From an uncultured Methylomirabilota bacterium (lineage in GTDB: Bacteria > Methylomirabilota > Methylomirabilia > Methylomirabilales > 2-02-FULL-66-22), in contig CAWJSJ010000005.1 in the NCBI GenBank assembly GCA_963845565.1, positions 608,001-672,000 of the forward strand: a DNA stretch of 64,000 nucleotides, in the 5' to 3' direction. Made by a program: the position numbers and the translations under genes. Position 1 is the first letter of the stretch; every line of letters starts with the position of its first letter. Under the pieces are notes generated by a model, which saw only the letters and a program-made list of their open reading frames with translations, searched no databases and was not told where the DNA came from. Shown piece after piece: positions 9,834 to 19,474 of the stretch.

Positions 9834-11093
9834 ATGACCAGCCGCGAGCGGGTTCGAACCACACTGGCCCATCGAGAGCCGGACCGGGTCCCCGTCGATT
9901 TCGGAAGTACCACGGTGACCGGGATGCACGCCCTCGTGGTCGAGCGGTTACGTGCACACTACGGTCTCGAACGTCACCCGGTGACGGTCCCGGTGCCCTA
10001 CAACATGCTGGGGTTGGTCGAGGAGGATCTGGCTGCGGCGATGGGCCTGGACCTCGTCGGCGTGCTCGCGCGCAACACGAACTACGGGTATCCCAACGAG
10101 AACTGGAAGGAGTTCCGGACCCCCTGGGGACAGGTGGTCCTGGTCTCGGGGCACTTCCAGTACACGACCGACGCCAACGGGGACCTGTTGACCTATCCCC
10201 AGGGGGATGTGACCGCGCCCCCCAGCGGACGGATGCCCCCCAGCAGCTTTTTCTTCGACACGATCATTCGGCAGGAGGCGATCGACGAGGACGCGCTGAA
10301 TCCCGACGATAATCTGCAGGAGTTCGGGCCGCTGTCGGACCTGGATGTCGCGCACTTCCGGGAACGCATCGCCGCGGCCGCCGCCACGGACCGCGCCGTG
10401 GTCGTGGCCATCGGGGGGACAGGCTTCGGCGACATCGCCGCGGTGCCCGCGCCGGGGCTCCCGTACCCCAAGGGGATTCGCGACATCACGGAGTGGTACG
10501 TCTCCCTGGCCACGCGGCAAGAGTACGTTGAAGCGGTCTTCACCCGGCAATGTGAGATCGCGTTGGGTCGCCTGGCGCAGCTCCACGCCGCGGTGGGGAA
10601 CGCCATTGACATCATCTACCTGTGCGGCACGGACTTCGGGACGCAGGCCTCGCGCTTCTGTTCTCTGGAAACGTTCGATCGGCTCTGGGCGCCGCACTAC
10701 CGACGGCTCAACGACTGGGTCCACACGCATACGACCTGGAAGACGATGAAGCACACCTGCGGTGCGGTGGAGTCGCTGCTGTCGCGGCTCTGCGATGTCG
10801 GCTTCGACATCTTCAACCCGGTCCAGTGCTCGGCCGCGGGGATGGAGCCCAGGACCCTGAAGCAGCGGTACGGCGACCGGCTGGTGTTCTTCGGCGGCGG
10901 GGTCAACACCCAGCAGACGCTTCCCTTCGGCACGCCCGCCGAGGTGCGGGCAGAGGTGTTGGAGCGGTGCGAGATCTTCGCCAAAGGGGGCGGCTACGTC
11001 TTCAATGCGATCCACTGCGTCCAGGCCAATACCCCCGTGCAAAACGTCGTCGCCATGGTGGACGCCGTCAAAGAGTTCAACGGGGTGAGGTAA
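9834..11093 (+). CDS. Uroporphyrinogen decarboxylase family protein (MtaA/CmuA-like methyltransferase)
   Basis: MTSRERV...EPDRVPVD, HTCG, NPVQCSA, GGGYVFNAIH. Confidence 0.85.
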   Translation: MTSRERVRTTLAHREPDRVPVDFGSTTVTGMHALVVERLRAHYGLERHPVTVPVPYNMLGLVEEDLAAAMGLDLVGVLARNTNYGYPNENWKEFRTPWGQVVLVSGHFQYTTDANGDLLTYPQGDVTAPPSGRMPPSSFFFDTIIRQEAIDEDALNPDDNLQEFGPLSDLDVAHFRERIAAAAATDRAVVVAIGGTGFGDIAAVPAPGLPYPKGIRDITEWYVSLATRQEYVEAVFTRQCEIALGRLAQLHAAVGNAIDIIYLCGTDFGTQASRFCSLETFDRLWAPHYRRLNDWVHTHTTWKTMKHTCGAVESLLSRLCDVGFDIFNPVQCSAAGMEPRTLKQRYGDRLVFFGGGVNTQQTLPFGTPAEVRAEVLERCEIFAKGGGYVFNAIHCVQANTPVQNVVAMVDAVKEFNGVR

Positions 11094-11195
11094 GCCGTTG
11101 TCAAAGAATCAGTTGAGCGGAGACATTCCGAAACGGCATAAGGAGCCGTAACGAAATAGAAAGAGATGTATAGGTTATTTCGTAACGGCTCCTAA
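11091..11195. mobile_element. 99-bp MITE (family 1), copy 1, with TAA flanks
   Basis: Body 11094-11192 matches 20862-20960 and 56573-56671 except at two adjacent positions; left TAA is the upstream stop codon. Confidence 0.9.
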
Positions 11196-11270
11196 CGCGG
11201 GCGGCCGAGGCGGTTGCCGGCCGCGGTGGGCACGTCGGGTGTCGCCTGGCGCCGGCATGGAGGGTATCCG

Positions 11271-12290
11271 ATGGAGACCGCGAAGGCATCGATGACGGAT
11301 GCGCTTTCCCCTCAGCCGATCATGGAGCTGGCCTTCGGGTTCATGCAGAGCCGGGCGTTTCTGACGGCCTGCGAGCTGGACTTGTTCACGGTCGTGGGGG
11401 ACGGGGACACGGGGTCCGCCGAGGTCGCGCGGACGCTCGGCACCGATCCGCGGGCCACCGACCGGCTGATGAACGTCCTCGGCAGCCTGGGCTTGCTGCA
11501 GAAGGCGGCGGATCGCTTTCGGAACGGGCCCGCCGCCGCCCGGTTTCTGGTTCGTGGCGCCCCCGAGTACCTGGACGGCCTGATGCATTGGGTGCACCTC
11601 TGGGAGAGTTGGAGCACGCTCACGTCGGCGGTGCGACAGGGAAGCGCGGTCTCGGCGGTTCCCGTCGACGAACGAGGGGAACAGTGGCTGGACGCGTTCA
11701 TCGCGGCCATGCATTGGCGCGCGTGCCGTCACGCGCCGGCAGTGGTGGCCGCCCTGGACCTGACCACCGTGTCGCGGGTTCTGGATGTCGGCGGCGGCTC
11801 GGGGGCATACGCCATGGAATTCGCGCGCGCCAAGCCCGGCCTCCGCGCCGTCGTCTTCGACCTGCCGAACGTCCTGCGACTCACTGCGGGATATGTGGAA
11901 CGGGCCGGCCTCGCAGACCGGGTTGCCTTGGTGGCCGGCGATTACGATCGGGACGATCTGGGCAGCGGCTTCGACCTGGTGTTTCTCTCGGCCATCATCC
12001 ACAGCAACTCGCCCGACGGGAATCGGGCGCTGATCCGACGAGGGGTGGCTGCGTTGAACCCGACCGGCCGCCTCGCCATCCAGGATTTCATCGTGGACGA
12101 GGCGCGGACCGGGCCGCCCTTCGGCGTGCTCTTCGCCCTCAACATGCTCGTCGGCACCGCCGCGGGAGACACCTACACCGAGTCGGAGGCCGGACAGTGG
12201 ATGACCGAGGCCGGCCTCTCCGGCGTGGTGCGCACGGACACGGCGTTCGGGACGACCCTGCTCACCGGCCGGAAGGCCGGCCTCCGATAG
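11271..12290 (+). CDS. SAM-dependent O-methyltransferase with dimerisation domain
   Basis: VLDVGGGSG, FDLP, AGDY, FLSAIIH; alternative start at 11292. Confidence 0.9.
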   Translation: METAKASMTDALSPQPIMELAFGFMQSRAFLTACELDLFTVVGDGDTGSAEVARTLGTDPRATDRLMNVLGSLGLLQKAADRFRNGPAAARFLVRGAPEYLDGLMHWVHLWESWSTLTSAVRQGSAVSAVPVDERGEQWLDAFIAAMHWRACRHAPAVVAALDLTTVSRVLDVGGGSGAYAMEFARAKPGLRAVVFDLPNVLRLTAGYVERAGLADRVALVAGDYDRDDLGSGFDLVFLSAIIHSNSPDGNRALIRRGVAALNPTGRLAIQDFIVDEARTGPPFGVLFALNMLVGTAAGDTYTESEAGQWMTEAGLSGVVRTDTAFGTTLLTGRKAGLR

Positions 12291-12342
12291 CCGACGGGCC
12301 GCTTCGGGAGCGATGTCGCCCGTCATCGGGCGCCAACAGCCA

Positions 12343-12371
12343 TTGACCGGGTGCGGCATCTGTGACATACT
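12343..12371 (+). promoter_or_regulatory. Sigma70-type promoter with extended -10
   Basis: TTGACC-17 bp-CATACT, with TG one base upstream of the -10. Confidence 0.55.
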
Positions 12372-12412
12372 CCGCCACCCAAGACCTCTGACGATCGGAT
12401 GGACCCCCGAGT

Positions 12413-13114
12413 ATGTGGGACGGACTCGACAAGCTCCTCGAACTGCAAAAGTTGGATCTCGCCATCGCCAAGCTGGATGGCCAGGCGCAAGCGATCCCGC
12501 GGGCGATCGACGCGCTGGAAGGACGTTTGGCCAAGGCGCGGGAGGGGCTGGAGACGACGAGCGCGCGGGCGGACCTGCTGCAAAAAGAGCGACGCGCGAA
12601 AGAGCGCGAGTTGGACGAAGTGGCCCAGAACGCCAAGAAAAAACAAGCGCGACTGTTCGAGATCAAGACCAACGAGGAGTATACGGCGGTCTTGAAAGAG
12701 ATCGAGGCCCTCAAGGTCAAGTCGTCCACGCTCGAGACGGAAATCCTGGAACAGATGGAATCGGGTGATGTCGCGGGCAAGGCCGTGGCGGAGGCAGAGA
12801 AGGTCTTCCGCGCGGCGGAGTTCGATCTGCAGGCGGAGCGCCGGGAAAAAGAGGCCCAGCTCGCGACACTCCAGAAGGAACTCGCCACGCTCCACGCAGC
12901 GCGGACAGGGCACGCCGGTCGCCTCGAGGGCGAACTGGTGCGACACTATACGCGCTTGATGAAGAGCCGCGACGTCGCCGTGGTCCCCGTGGCGGACGGC
13001 TCCTGCCAAGGGTGCGGTATGGCGCTGACGCCTCAGACCGCCAACGAGGTCAAGCGCAACGACCGCATGTTCACCTGTCCGTCCTGCAGCCGGATCCTTT
13101 ATTTTCCCGGATAG
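12413..13114 (+). CDS. Coiled-coil protein with C4-type zinc ribbon (DUF164-like)
   Basis: Long coiled coil, then CQGC...CPSCSRILY. Confidence 0.9.
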   Translation: MWDGLDKLLELQKLDLAIAKLDGQAQAIPRAIDALEGRLAKAREGLETTSARADLLQKERRAKERELDEVAQNAKKKQARLFEIKTNEEYTAVLKEIEALKVKSSTLETEILEQMESGDVAGKAVAEAEKVFRAAEFDLQAERREKEAQLATLQKELATLHAARTGHAGRLEGELVRHYTRLMKSRDVAVVPVADGSCQGCGMALTPQTANEVKRNDRMFTCPSCSRILYFPG

Positions 13115-13118
13115 CGGT

Positions 13119-13745
13119 GTGGATACCCCGACACTGCTGACATTCCTGCGCCGACTGGCCCACGCCCGACCCGGCCGAAACAGTCTGGACCTGCCGGGCG
13201 ATCTCTCCCCAGAGGAGGCGATCCGGGCGGTTCGGGCGGCCGTGAAGGCCCTCGACCCGACGCCGGCCGCCCAGGCCGCACCGCGACAGAGTTCCGCGGC
13301 GGTGCGTGCGCACATCGACGGAGCGTCCCGCGGCAATCCGGGGCCCGCGGGGATCGGCGTGCTGTTTCTCGGCCCGGACGGCGCCGTCGTGGAGCGGATG
13401 TCCCGCGGCATCGGGAAGGCAACGAACAACGTGGCCGAATATTCCGCCCTGCTTTTGGCCCTGGAGCGGGCAGGCAGTCTGGGGATTACGGAACTCGAGG
13501 TCTACTCCGACTCGGAGTTGCTCGTCCGGCAGCTGCTCGGGCGCTACCAGGTCAAGCACCCCGCGCTGCGGCCGCTCTACGCGGTGGCACGGGAACGGAT
13601 CGCGGGCCTCCGGCGCTTCGGAATCCACCACGTCCCACGCGAATTGAACGCCGAAGCGGATGCTCTGGCCAACCGGGGGATCGACGAAGCGGCGCGGACG
13701 GCGGGCCGGGGAACGGCCGCGCCCGATGCTGAGGATGACGGATGA
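13119..13745 (+). CDS. rnhA: Ribonuclease HI family protein
   Basis: DGASRGNPG, TNNVAEY, SDSELL, NAEADALAN. Confidence 0.9.
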   Translation: MDTPTLLTFLRRLAHARPGRNSLDLPGDLSPEEAIRAVRAAVKALDPTPAAQAAPRQSSAAVRAHIDGASRGNPGPAGIGVLFLGPDGAVVERMSRGIGKATNNVAEYSALLLALERAGSLGITELEVYSDSELLVRQLLGRYQVKHPALRPLYAVARERIAGLRRFGIHHVPRELNAEADALANRGIDEAARTAGRGTAAPDAEDDG

Positions 13746-14260
13746 GTCGCCCCGCGTGGCGCCCGCCGGTCAAGATCGCCGACGCCGTCTCGGCCGCCTT
13801 GCAGCGCCTCGGTCTGGAAAACCGAATCCGCCAGCACGATATCTGGCGCGTCTGGCCACTTGTGGTCGGACCGCAGATCGCTCGGCACGCCCAACCCCAC
13901 TCCGTGTGGCACGGCCGCTTGATCGTCCACGTGACGGATTCGGTGTGGCTCCACCACCTGAGCATGATGCGCCACCGGTTGCTAGCCGCACTGAACGAGA
14001 AGTGTGCACCGGTCGAGATCCGAGAGATAGTCCTCCGCATCGGCGAGGTTGCCGTCGTTCCCATGGGCCCCGGGCCCAAGGCCGATCCCCCCACCGAACC
14101 CCTCCGGGGGATCGATCCGGTCCGCGTGGCCGAGATCGATGACGTCCTCGCGTCGCTCGGAGACGTTCCTTTTCGCGATGCCCTTCGCCGACTCTGGCTC
14201 CGTGCCTCCCGGGAACCGCAGGGCCCTTCCGGACCCCCGGGGGATCCCCAGCCCAGGTAA
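13742..14260 (+). CDS. DUF721/DciA family protein
   Basis: WPLVVGPQIARHAQP...LIVHVTDSVWLHHL; ATGA overlap with the RNase H gene. Confidence 0.8.
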   Translation: MSRPAWRPPVKIADAVSAALQRLGLENRIRQHDIWRVWPLVVGPQIARHAQPHSVWHGRLIVHVTDSVWLHHLSMMRHRLLAALNEKCAPVEIREIVLRIGEVAVVPMGPGPKADPPTEPLRGIDPVRVAEIDDVLASLGDVPFRDALRRLWLRASREPQGPSGPPGDPQPR

Positions 14261-14390
14261 AACCACCACAGTCAGTTGCAGCCACACCACAAAAGACACG
14301 CGTGAGAAAATCGCAGAATTTCACGTGAATTCTTCACGTCAAAATACCAATAGATTCAGTATTTTAGAGAATAGAAGATTTATTGAGAAA

Positions 14391-14406
14391 TGGCCCTTGG
14401 TTTGCA
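14391..14406 (+). promoter_or_regulatory. Sigma54 (-24/-12) promoter upstream of lpxC
   Basis: TGGCCC-TTGGT-TTGCA with exact GG-N10-GC spacing; AT-rich tract and palindromes upstream. Confidence 0.65.
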
Positions 14407-14474
14407 TGTTTTCACAGCGGTTTGAATGCTGACAGACTGTTTCGAAAGAGGCGGGCATCCGAAGGGAGAGTATT

Positions 14475-15401
14475 TTGAGTCACCAACGTACGCTGGATCA
14501 TTCGGTACAATGCGAAGGGATCGGGCTGCATACGGGGGAGCGCGTCGTCATGACTCTGCGCCCCGCAGCGGCCAATCGTGGGGTGGTCTTCCGGCGGATG
14601 GATCTACCCGGTACGCCCGCGATCCCGGCGCGCCCCGATTATGTCGTCGATACCCATTACGCGACCACGATCGCCAAGGACGGGGCCTCGGTCAAGACGA
14701 TCGAGCATATCATGTCCGCCCTGGCGGGAATGGGCGTGGACAACGTTCAGGTCGACCTGAACGGACCCGAAGTCCCCATCATGGACGGCAGCGCGCTGCC
14801 GTTTGTTGGGTTGTTGCGTGATGCCGGCCTCCGGCGGCAGCTCGCTCCGAAGACCTTCCTGAAGGTCCGCCAGCCCATCACGGTCGAGGTTGGGACGCGA
14901 AGCCTCCGGATCGTGCCGTCCCAGCGGCTGAAGGTGATCTATACGATGTGCTTCGATCATCCCATCCTGGGCGAGCAGACGTCGGCCATGGACGTCGGGC
15001 GCGAACGGTACGTCCGCGACGTGGCGCCGTGCCGCACGTTCGGGTTCCTGCGGGATTTGGACATGCTGCAGCGCATGGGTCTCGCCAAAGGGGGGTCGCT
15101 GGAAAACGCCGTGGTCGTCGGCGACGAAGGGGTCCTCAACGGCCCGCTCCGCTTCCCTGACGAGTTGGTCCGCCACAAGATCCTCGACCTGCTGGGCGAT
15201 CTGTTCCTGCTCGGCAAGCCGCTGGTGGGGACGATCATCGCGCAGGGGGCCGGCCATCAGCTCCACTTGCAGCTCGTACACCGGATCCAGGAGCAACTGG
15301 CGGGCGAGCCGGAGCCGCTGAGCCTTTCCGCCGCCGCGGTGGAGCAGTGGGTGTCCCCCCTCCTTCCGACCGCCTCGGGTTTGAAAGCCGCGGTTCTTTA
15401 A
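14475..15401 (+). CDS. lpxC: UDP-3-O-acyl-N-acetylglucosamine deacetylase
   Basis: QRTL, GIGLHTG, TIEHIMSAL, EVPIMDGSA, HKILDLLGDL, GH; TTG start after AAGGGAG. Confidence 0.95.
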   Translation: MSHQRTLDHSVQCEGIGLHTGERVVMTLRPAAANRGVVFRRMDLPGTPAIPARPDYVVDTHYATTIAKDGASVKTIEHIMSALAGMGVDNVQVDLNGPEVPIMDGSALPFVGLLRDAGLRRQLAPKTFLKVRQPITVEVGTRSLRIVPSQRLKVIYTMCFDHPILGEQTSAMDVGRERYVRDVAPCRTFGFLRDLDMLQRMGLAKGGSLENAVVVGDEGVLNGPLRFPDELVRHKILDLLGDLFLLGKPLVGTIIAQGAGHQLHLQLVHRIQEQLAGEPEPLSLSAAAVEQWVSPLLPTASGLKAAVL

Positions 15402-15625
15402 TCCGGCGGTGCCGCGTGTCCCCCGCCCATTCCGCGCGGTGATGTTTGGTCGTCGATCCCTCGCGCCGGCCCCTGGGTTTGCTCTTGCCTTCACTTCCGC
15501 CCACCCCTATACTTTCCGCGGTTTGAGACCGGGTCCCACACGGGCGGTCCCGTGTTGCGACGGGGTTCTCTCCGCCGCCTCCGGCGGCCGAGCCGGGCCA
15601 GTGTGCTGGATCGGAGGGTCGGCGT

Positions 15626-17881
15626 ATGCTTGATCCATTTTTCTCCAGCGGGACGCCATCCTCCGAGCCGGAGGATCGCGCGCGCGTCCGGCGGAATCGC
15701 CTGATCCCGGCGATCGTGCTGGTGGCCGTGGCAGGCCTGACCGCCGTGCAGGTCACGATCCAGCAGCTCCGATTCCCTTCCCCGATCGCGTCCAACGTCC
15801 TCATCTTCGCCCTGGTCAATATCAATATCGTCTTGCTGCTGCTCCTGGTCCTGCTGGTGTTTCGCAGCCTCTTCAAGGTGTATCTGGAGCGGCGCGAGAA
15901 CGTCCTGGGGTCGAAGATCCGCGTCAAGCTGGCGGTGGCGTTCGTGGGGTTGGCCTTGTTGCCGGCCGGACTGCTCTTTCTGGTGGCCAGCAACCTCATC
16001 ACCAGCAGCGTGGATTCCTGGTTCAATATCCAGGTGGAGCGCTCCCTGGAGAGCGCGCTGGACGTCGCTCAGACCTATTCGCGGTCCAGCCAGGAGGACA
16101 CCCTGAGCCAGACGCGCCAGATCGCGGCGCGCGTGGCAGAGGCTTGGGTCGCCGAGGGGGGGATCGTGGTCGCGCGCCGTGTGGCCGTCGACAAGGCGCA
16201 CGAATACGGCCTGGACAGTTTGCAGATCTTCAACCGGCAGCGCGGAGAGATGCTACGCTGGCGCGGGCCGAAGGTCCCGGAGGAGGCGTTCCTCTCTCCC
16301 GCCTCTCGATTGGTCCGGAAAGCGCTCGATGGCGAGCCCGTGGTGACGGTGCAGCTCACAGACCAGGCGGACCTGATCCGCGCGGCGGTGCCGGTCCTCC
16401 GACCCGGCGCGACGCGCGACGTGCTGGCGGTGCTGACCGCCACGGCCTGGTTGCCTGCCGCGCTCGGGAGCAAGGCCGAGGAGATTCAGGCGGGCATCAA
16501 GGAGTACCAGCAGCTTCGGATGCTCAAGAACCCGATCAAGGGTATCTACCTGATGCTGTTCCTGATGGTCACCCTGGTGATCATCTTCGGCGCGATCTGG
16601 GTCAGCGTCTATTTGGCACGCGGGATCACGGTCCCGATCCAGCAACTGGCCGAGGGAACGCGAAAAGTGGCGGCCGGCGACTTGAGCTTCCGCGTGCAGG
16701 CCAGGGCGGACGACGAGATCGGGATGTTGGTGGACTCCTTCAACAAGATGACCGGGGATTTGAGCACGAGCAAGACCGATCTCACCGAGGCCAACCGGGA
16801 GCTGCAGCGGTCGAACGTGGAGCTCGACCGGCGCCGCGACTACATGGAGACGGTGCTGGAGACGATCGCGGCGGGGGTCCTTTCGCTGGATGCCGAGGGT
16901 CGCGTCAACACGGTCAACCACGCTGCGGCACGCATGCTGGGCCGGCCGCTGGATCAGATCCTGCAGCGCCCATACGCGGAGGTGTTCGGGGGGCACGCCC
17001 TCTTGCCGCTGCACCGCCTGGTGACGCGCCTGGTCGAGGACGGCCGGGAAACCTCGGATCAGCAGGTCACCCTGACCCTGAATGGTCGGCCCGCGACCCT
17101 GATCGTGACGGTGGGGGGCCTCCCGGGCCCGAAGGGCGAGCGGCGGGGTCTGGTGGTGGTTCTGGACGACATCTCCGAGGCCATTCGCGCCCAGCAGGCC
17201 ATGACCTGGCGGGAAGTGGCCCGCCGCATCGCGCACGAAATCAAAAACCCGCTCACGCCAATCCAGTTGTCCGCGCAGCGGCTGCGGAAGAAGTTCGCCG
17301 AGAAGGCACCGGACGCCGCGGCCGTCCTGGACGAGTGCACGCGCACCATCATCCAGGAGGTGGAGGGGCTCCGGAACATGGTGGACGAATTCTCGCGTTA
17401 CGCCCGGATGCCCAGCCCCCGACCGCGTCCGGGCGATCTCCACCAGATCGTGCACCAGGTCGCGCAGCTCTACGCGGGTATCCGGCAGGGCATCGCCCTG
17501 CGAACGACTCTGGACCCGACGGTGCCGTCGTTGAACCTGGACCCGGAGCAGATGCGGCGTGTCCTCATCAACCTCGTCGACAATGCCGTCGCCGCCCTCG
17601 GAGAGGAGACGGGAGAGATCGTCATCTCCACGCGCTACCTGTCGGCGGACGGACGGGTCCAGCTGGAGATCGCCGACACCGGTCCCGGCTTTCCGCCGGA
17701 GGACCGCGATCGCGCCTTCCTTCCGTACTATTCCACAAAACGCTCCTCCGGCGGGCTGGGCCTGGCCATCGTCAACCGGGTCATCGTGGAACACGGCGGG
17801 GAGATTCGGATCGAGGACAACACCCCCCGCGGGGCTCGCCTGGTCATCACCCTTCCGGTGGTGGCGTCGGCGCCGGCTTGA
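15626..17881 (+). CDS. ntrY: NtrY-like sensor histidine kinase (TM, HAMP, PAS, HisKA, HATPase)
   Basis: WREVARRIAHEIKNPLTPIQLSAQRL, NLVDNA, DTGPG, GLGLAIV. Confidence 0.9.
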   Translation: MLDPFFSSGTPSSEPEDRARVRRNRLIPAIVLVAVAGLTAVQVTIQQLRFPSPIASNVLIFALVNINIVLLLLLVLLVFRSLFKVYLERRENVLGSKIRVKLAVAFVGLALLPAGLLFLVASNLITSSVDSWFNIQVERSLESALDVAQTYSRSSQEDTLSQTRQIAARVAEAWVAEGGIVVARRVAVDKAHEYGLDSLQIFNRQRGEMLRWRGPKVPEEAFLSPASRLVRKALDGEPVVTVQLTDQADLIRAAVPVLRPGATRDVLAVLTATAWLPAALGSKAEEIQAGIKEYQQLRMLKNPIKGIYLMLFLMVTLVIIFGAIWVSVYLARGITVPIQQLAEGTRKVAAGDLSFRVQARADDEIGMLVDSFNKMTGDLSTSKTDLTEANRELQRSNVELDRRRDYMETVLETIAAGVLSLDAEGRVNTVNHAAARMLGRPLDQILQRPYAEVFGGHALLPLHRLVTRLVEDGRETSDQQVTLTLNGRPATLIVTVGGLPGPKGERRGLVVVLDDISEAIRAQQAMTWREVARRIAHEIKNPLTPIQLSAQRLRKKFAEKAPDAAAVLDECTRTIIQEVEGLRNMVDEFSRYARMPSPRPRPGDLHQIVHQVAQLYAGIRQGIALRTTLDPTVPSLNLDPEQMRRVLINLVDNAVAALGEETGEIVISTRYLSADGRVQLEIADTGPGFPPEDRDRAFLPYYSTKRSSGGLGLAIVNRVIVEHGGEIRIEDNTPRGARLVITLPVVASAPA

Positions 17882-17892
17882 GGCGGGGATCG

Positions 17893-18041
17893 GGCGACTG
17901 GGCAATTGGGCGATTCGGCAATCAGGCAACCGGGCAATTGGGCGGGAAAAGCGAGGCCGGGTCCGGGCCGTACCAAGTTGCCAAGTCGCTGAGTCGCCGA
18001 ATTGCCCAGTTGCCAGGTTGCCCGATTGCCGAATCGCCTGA
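17893..18041. repeat. Inverted octamer-array element
   Basis: About 6 GGCRAYYG-type units, ~30 bp spacer, then 8 reverse-complement units; lies between ntrY and ntrX. Confidence 0.85.
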
Positions 18042-18065
18042 GGGTGCGTTGACCGAAAGAGAGAC

Positions 18066-19445
18066 ATGAGCCACGAAGAGATCTGGATCGTCGACGACGA
18101 AAAGAACATCCGAAGCTCCCTGGAAGCCATCCTGAAGGATGAGGGCTACCGGGTCCGGGGCGCCGCAACGGGGGAGGAGTTGCTGAAGCAGGCGGCTCAG
18201 GCGACTCCCGACCTGGTGATCCTGGACGTGTGGCTTCCGGGAATAGACGGGTTGCAGGCGCTGGAAGAGGTCAAGCGCCTCCATCCGGAGTTGCCGGTCA
18301 TCATGATCTCGGGCCACTCGACGGTGGAGACGGCGGTCAAGGCCACCAAACTCGGGGCCTACGACTTCATCGAAAAGCCGTTGAGTCTGGAGAAAACCGT
18401 CCTGGCGGTGAAGAACGCCCTGGACCGGCACCGCCTGGAGCAGGAGAACCTGGCCCTACGGCGGACGCTGGGGCAACGCTACGAGATCGTGGGGGAGAGC
18501 CCGGCGATCCAGGCCCTTCGCGCGCAAATTCAATCGGCGGCGCCGAGCCATGGCCGCGTCCTGATTCGCGGAGAGAGCGGGACCGGTAAGGAGCTGATCG
18601 CCCGGGCCATTCACCGGTATAGCCTCCGGACCGACAAGCCGTTCGTGGAAGTCAACTGCGCGGCGATCCCCGATGAGCTGATCGAGAGTGAGCTCTTCGG
18701 CCACGAGCGGGGCGCCTTCACGGGTGCGACCACCAAGCGGCGCGGAAAGTTCGAGGTAGCAGACGGCGGGACGATCTTCCTGGATGAGGTGGGCGACATG
18801 AGCCTCAAGACCCAGGCGAAGGTCCTCCGGGTTCTGCAGGAACAGACGTTCGAGCGCGTCGGGGGCAGCGATACGCTGACCGTGGATGTCCGCGTGATCG
18901 CCGCGTCGAACAAGAACCTGGAGGAGGACATCCGGACGGGCCACTTCCGGGAGGATCTCTTCTACCGGCTGAACGTGATCCCCTTCGATGTCCCACCACT
19001 CCGGGAGCGGCGGGAGGACATCGCGCTGCTGGCGACCCACTTCCTGGACCTGTTCTCGCGCGAGTACGGAAAGCGGCAGAAGGCCCTGCGGCCCGAGGCC
19101 ATGGCGCTGCTGCTGCAGTACGCGTGGCCCGGGAACGTTCGCGAGCTGCGAAACGTCATCGAGCGAATGGTGATCATGGTGCCGCAGGAATCGATCGGGT
19201 TCGACGACCTGGCGTCGTCGCTCCGGCTGCGGGGCCCCAGCGAGGCGCCGGCCGCAGCCGGCCCGGCCGACACGGTGGAGGGGTCGCTGCGGGAGGCGCG
19301 AGACGAATTCGAAAAAGCGTTTATCCTCCGCCGGTTGCGGGAAACGCACTGGAACATCACCCGGGCGGCCGAGCGCCTGGGGATCGAGCGCAGCAACTTG
19401 CACCGGAAGATGAAGGCGTATGGGATCGAGGGGCCGAGGAATTAG
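18066..19445 (+). CDS. ntrX: NtrX-like sigma54-dependent response regulator
   Basis: REC, GESGTGKE, GAFTGA, WPGNVREL, Fis-type HTH. Confidence 0.92.
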   Translation: MSHEEIWIVDDEKNIRSSLEAILKDEGYRVRGAATGEELLKQAAQATPDLVILDVWLPGIDGLQALEEVKRLHPELPVIMISGHSTVETAVKATKLGAYDFIEKPLSLEKTVLAVKNALDRHRLEQENLALRRTLGQRYEIVGESPAIQALRAQIQSAAPSHGRVLIRGESGTGKELIARAIHRYSLRTDKPFVEVNCAAIPDELIESELFGHERGAFTGATTKRRGKFEVADGGTIFLDEVGDMSLKTQAKVLRVLQEQTFERVGGSDTLTVDVRVIAASNKNLEEDIRTGHFREDLFYRLNVIPFDVPPLRERREDIALLATHFLDLFSREYGKRQKALRPEAMALLLQYAWPGNVRELRNVIERMVIMVPQESIGFDDLASSLRLRGPSEAPAAAGPADTVEGSLREARDEFEKAFILRRLRETHWNITRAAERLGIERSNLHRKMKAYGIEGPRN

Positions 19446-19474
19446 CAGGCTGATGTCCGGGGTGGGGTTCGGCC

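Noticed and set aside
13119..14470. RNase P RNA (rnpB), often near zinc-ribbon/RNase H genes
   Set aside because: No GAGGAAAGTCC-type conserved motif seen
17893..18041. CRISPR array interpretation of the 7-mer and 8-mer arrays
   Set aside because: Units are short, degenerate, contiguous and inverted, with no repeat-spacer alternation and no cas genes
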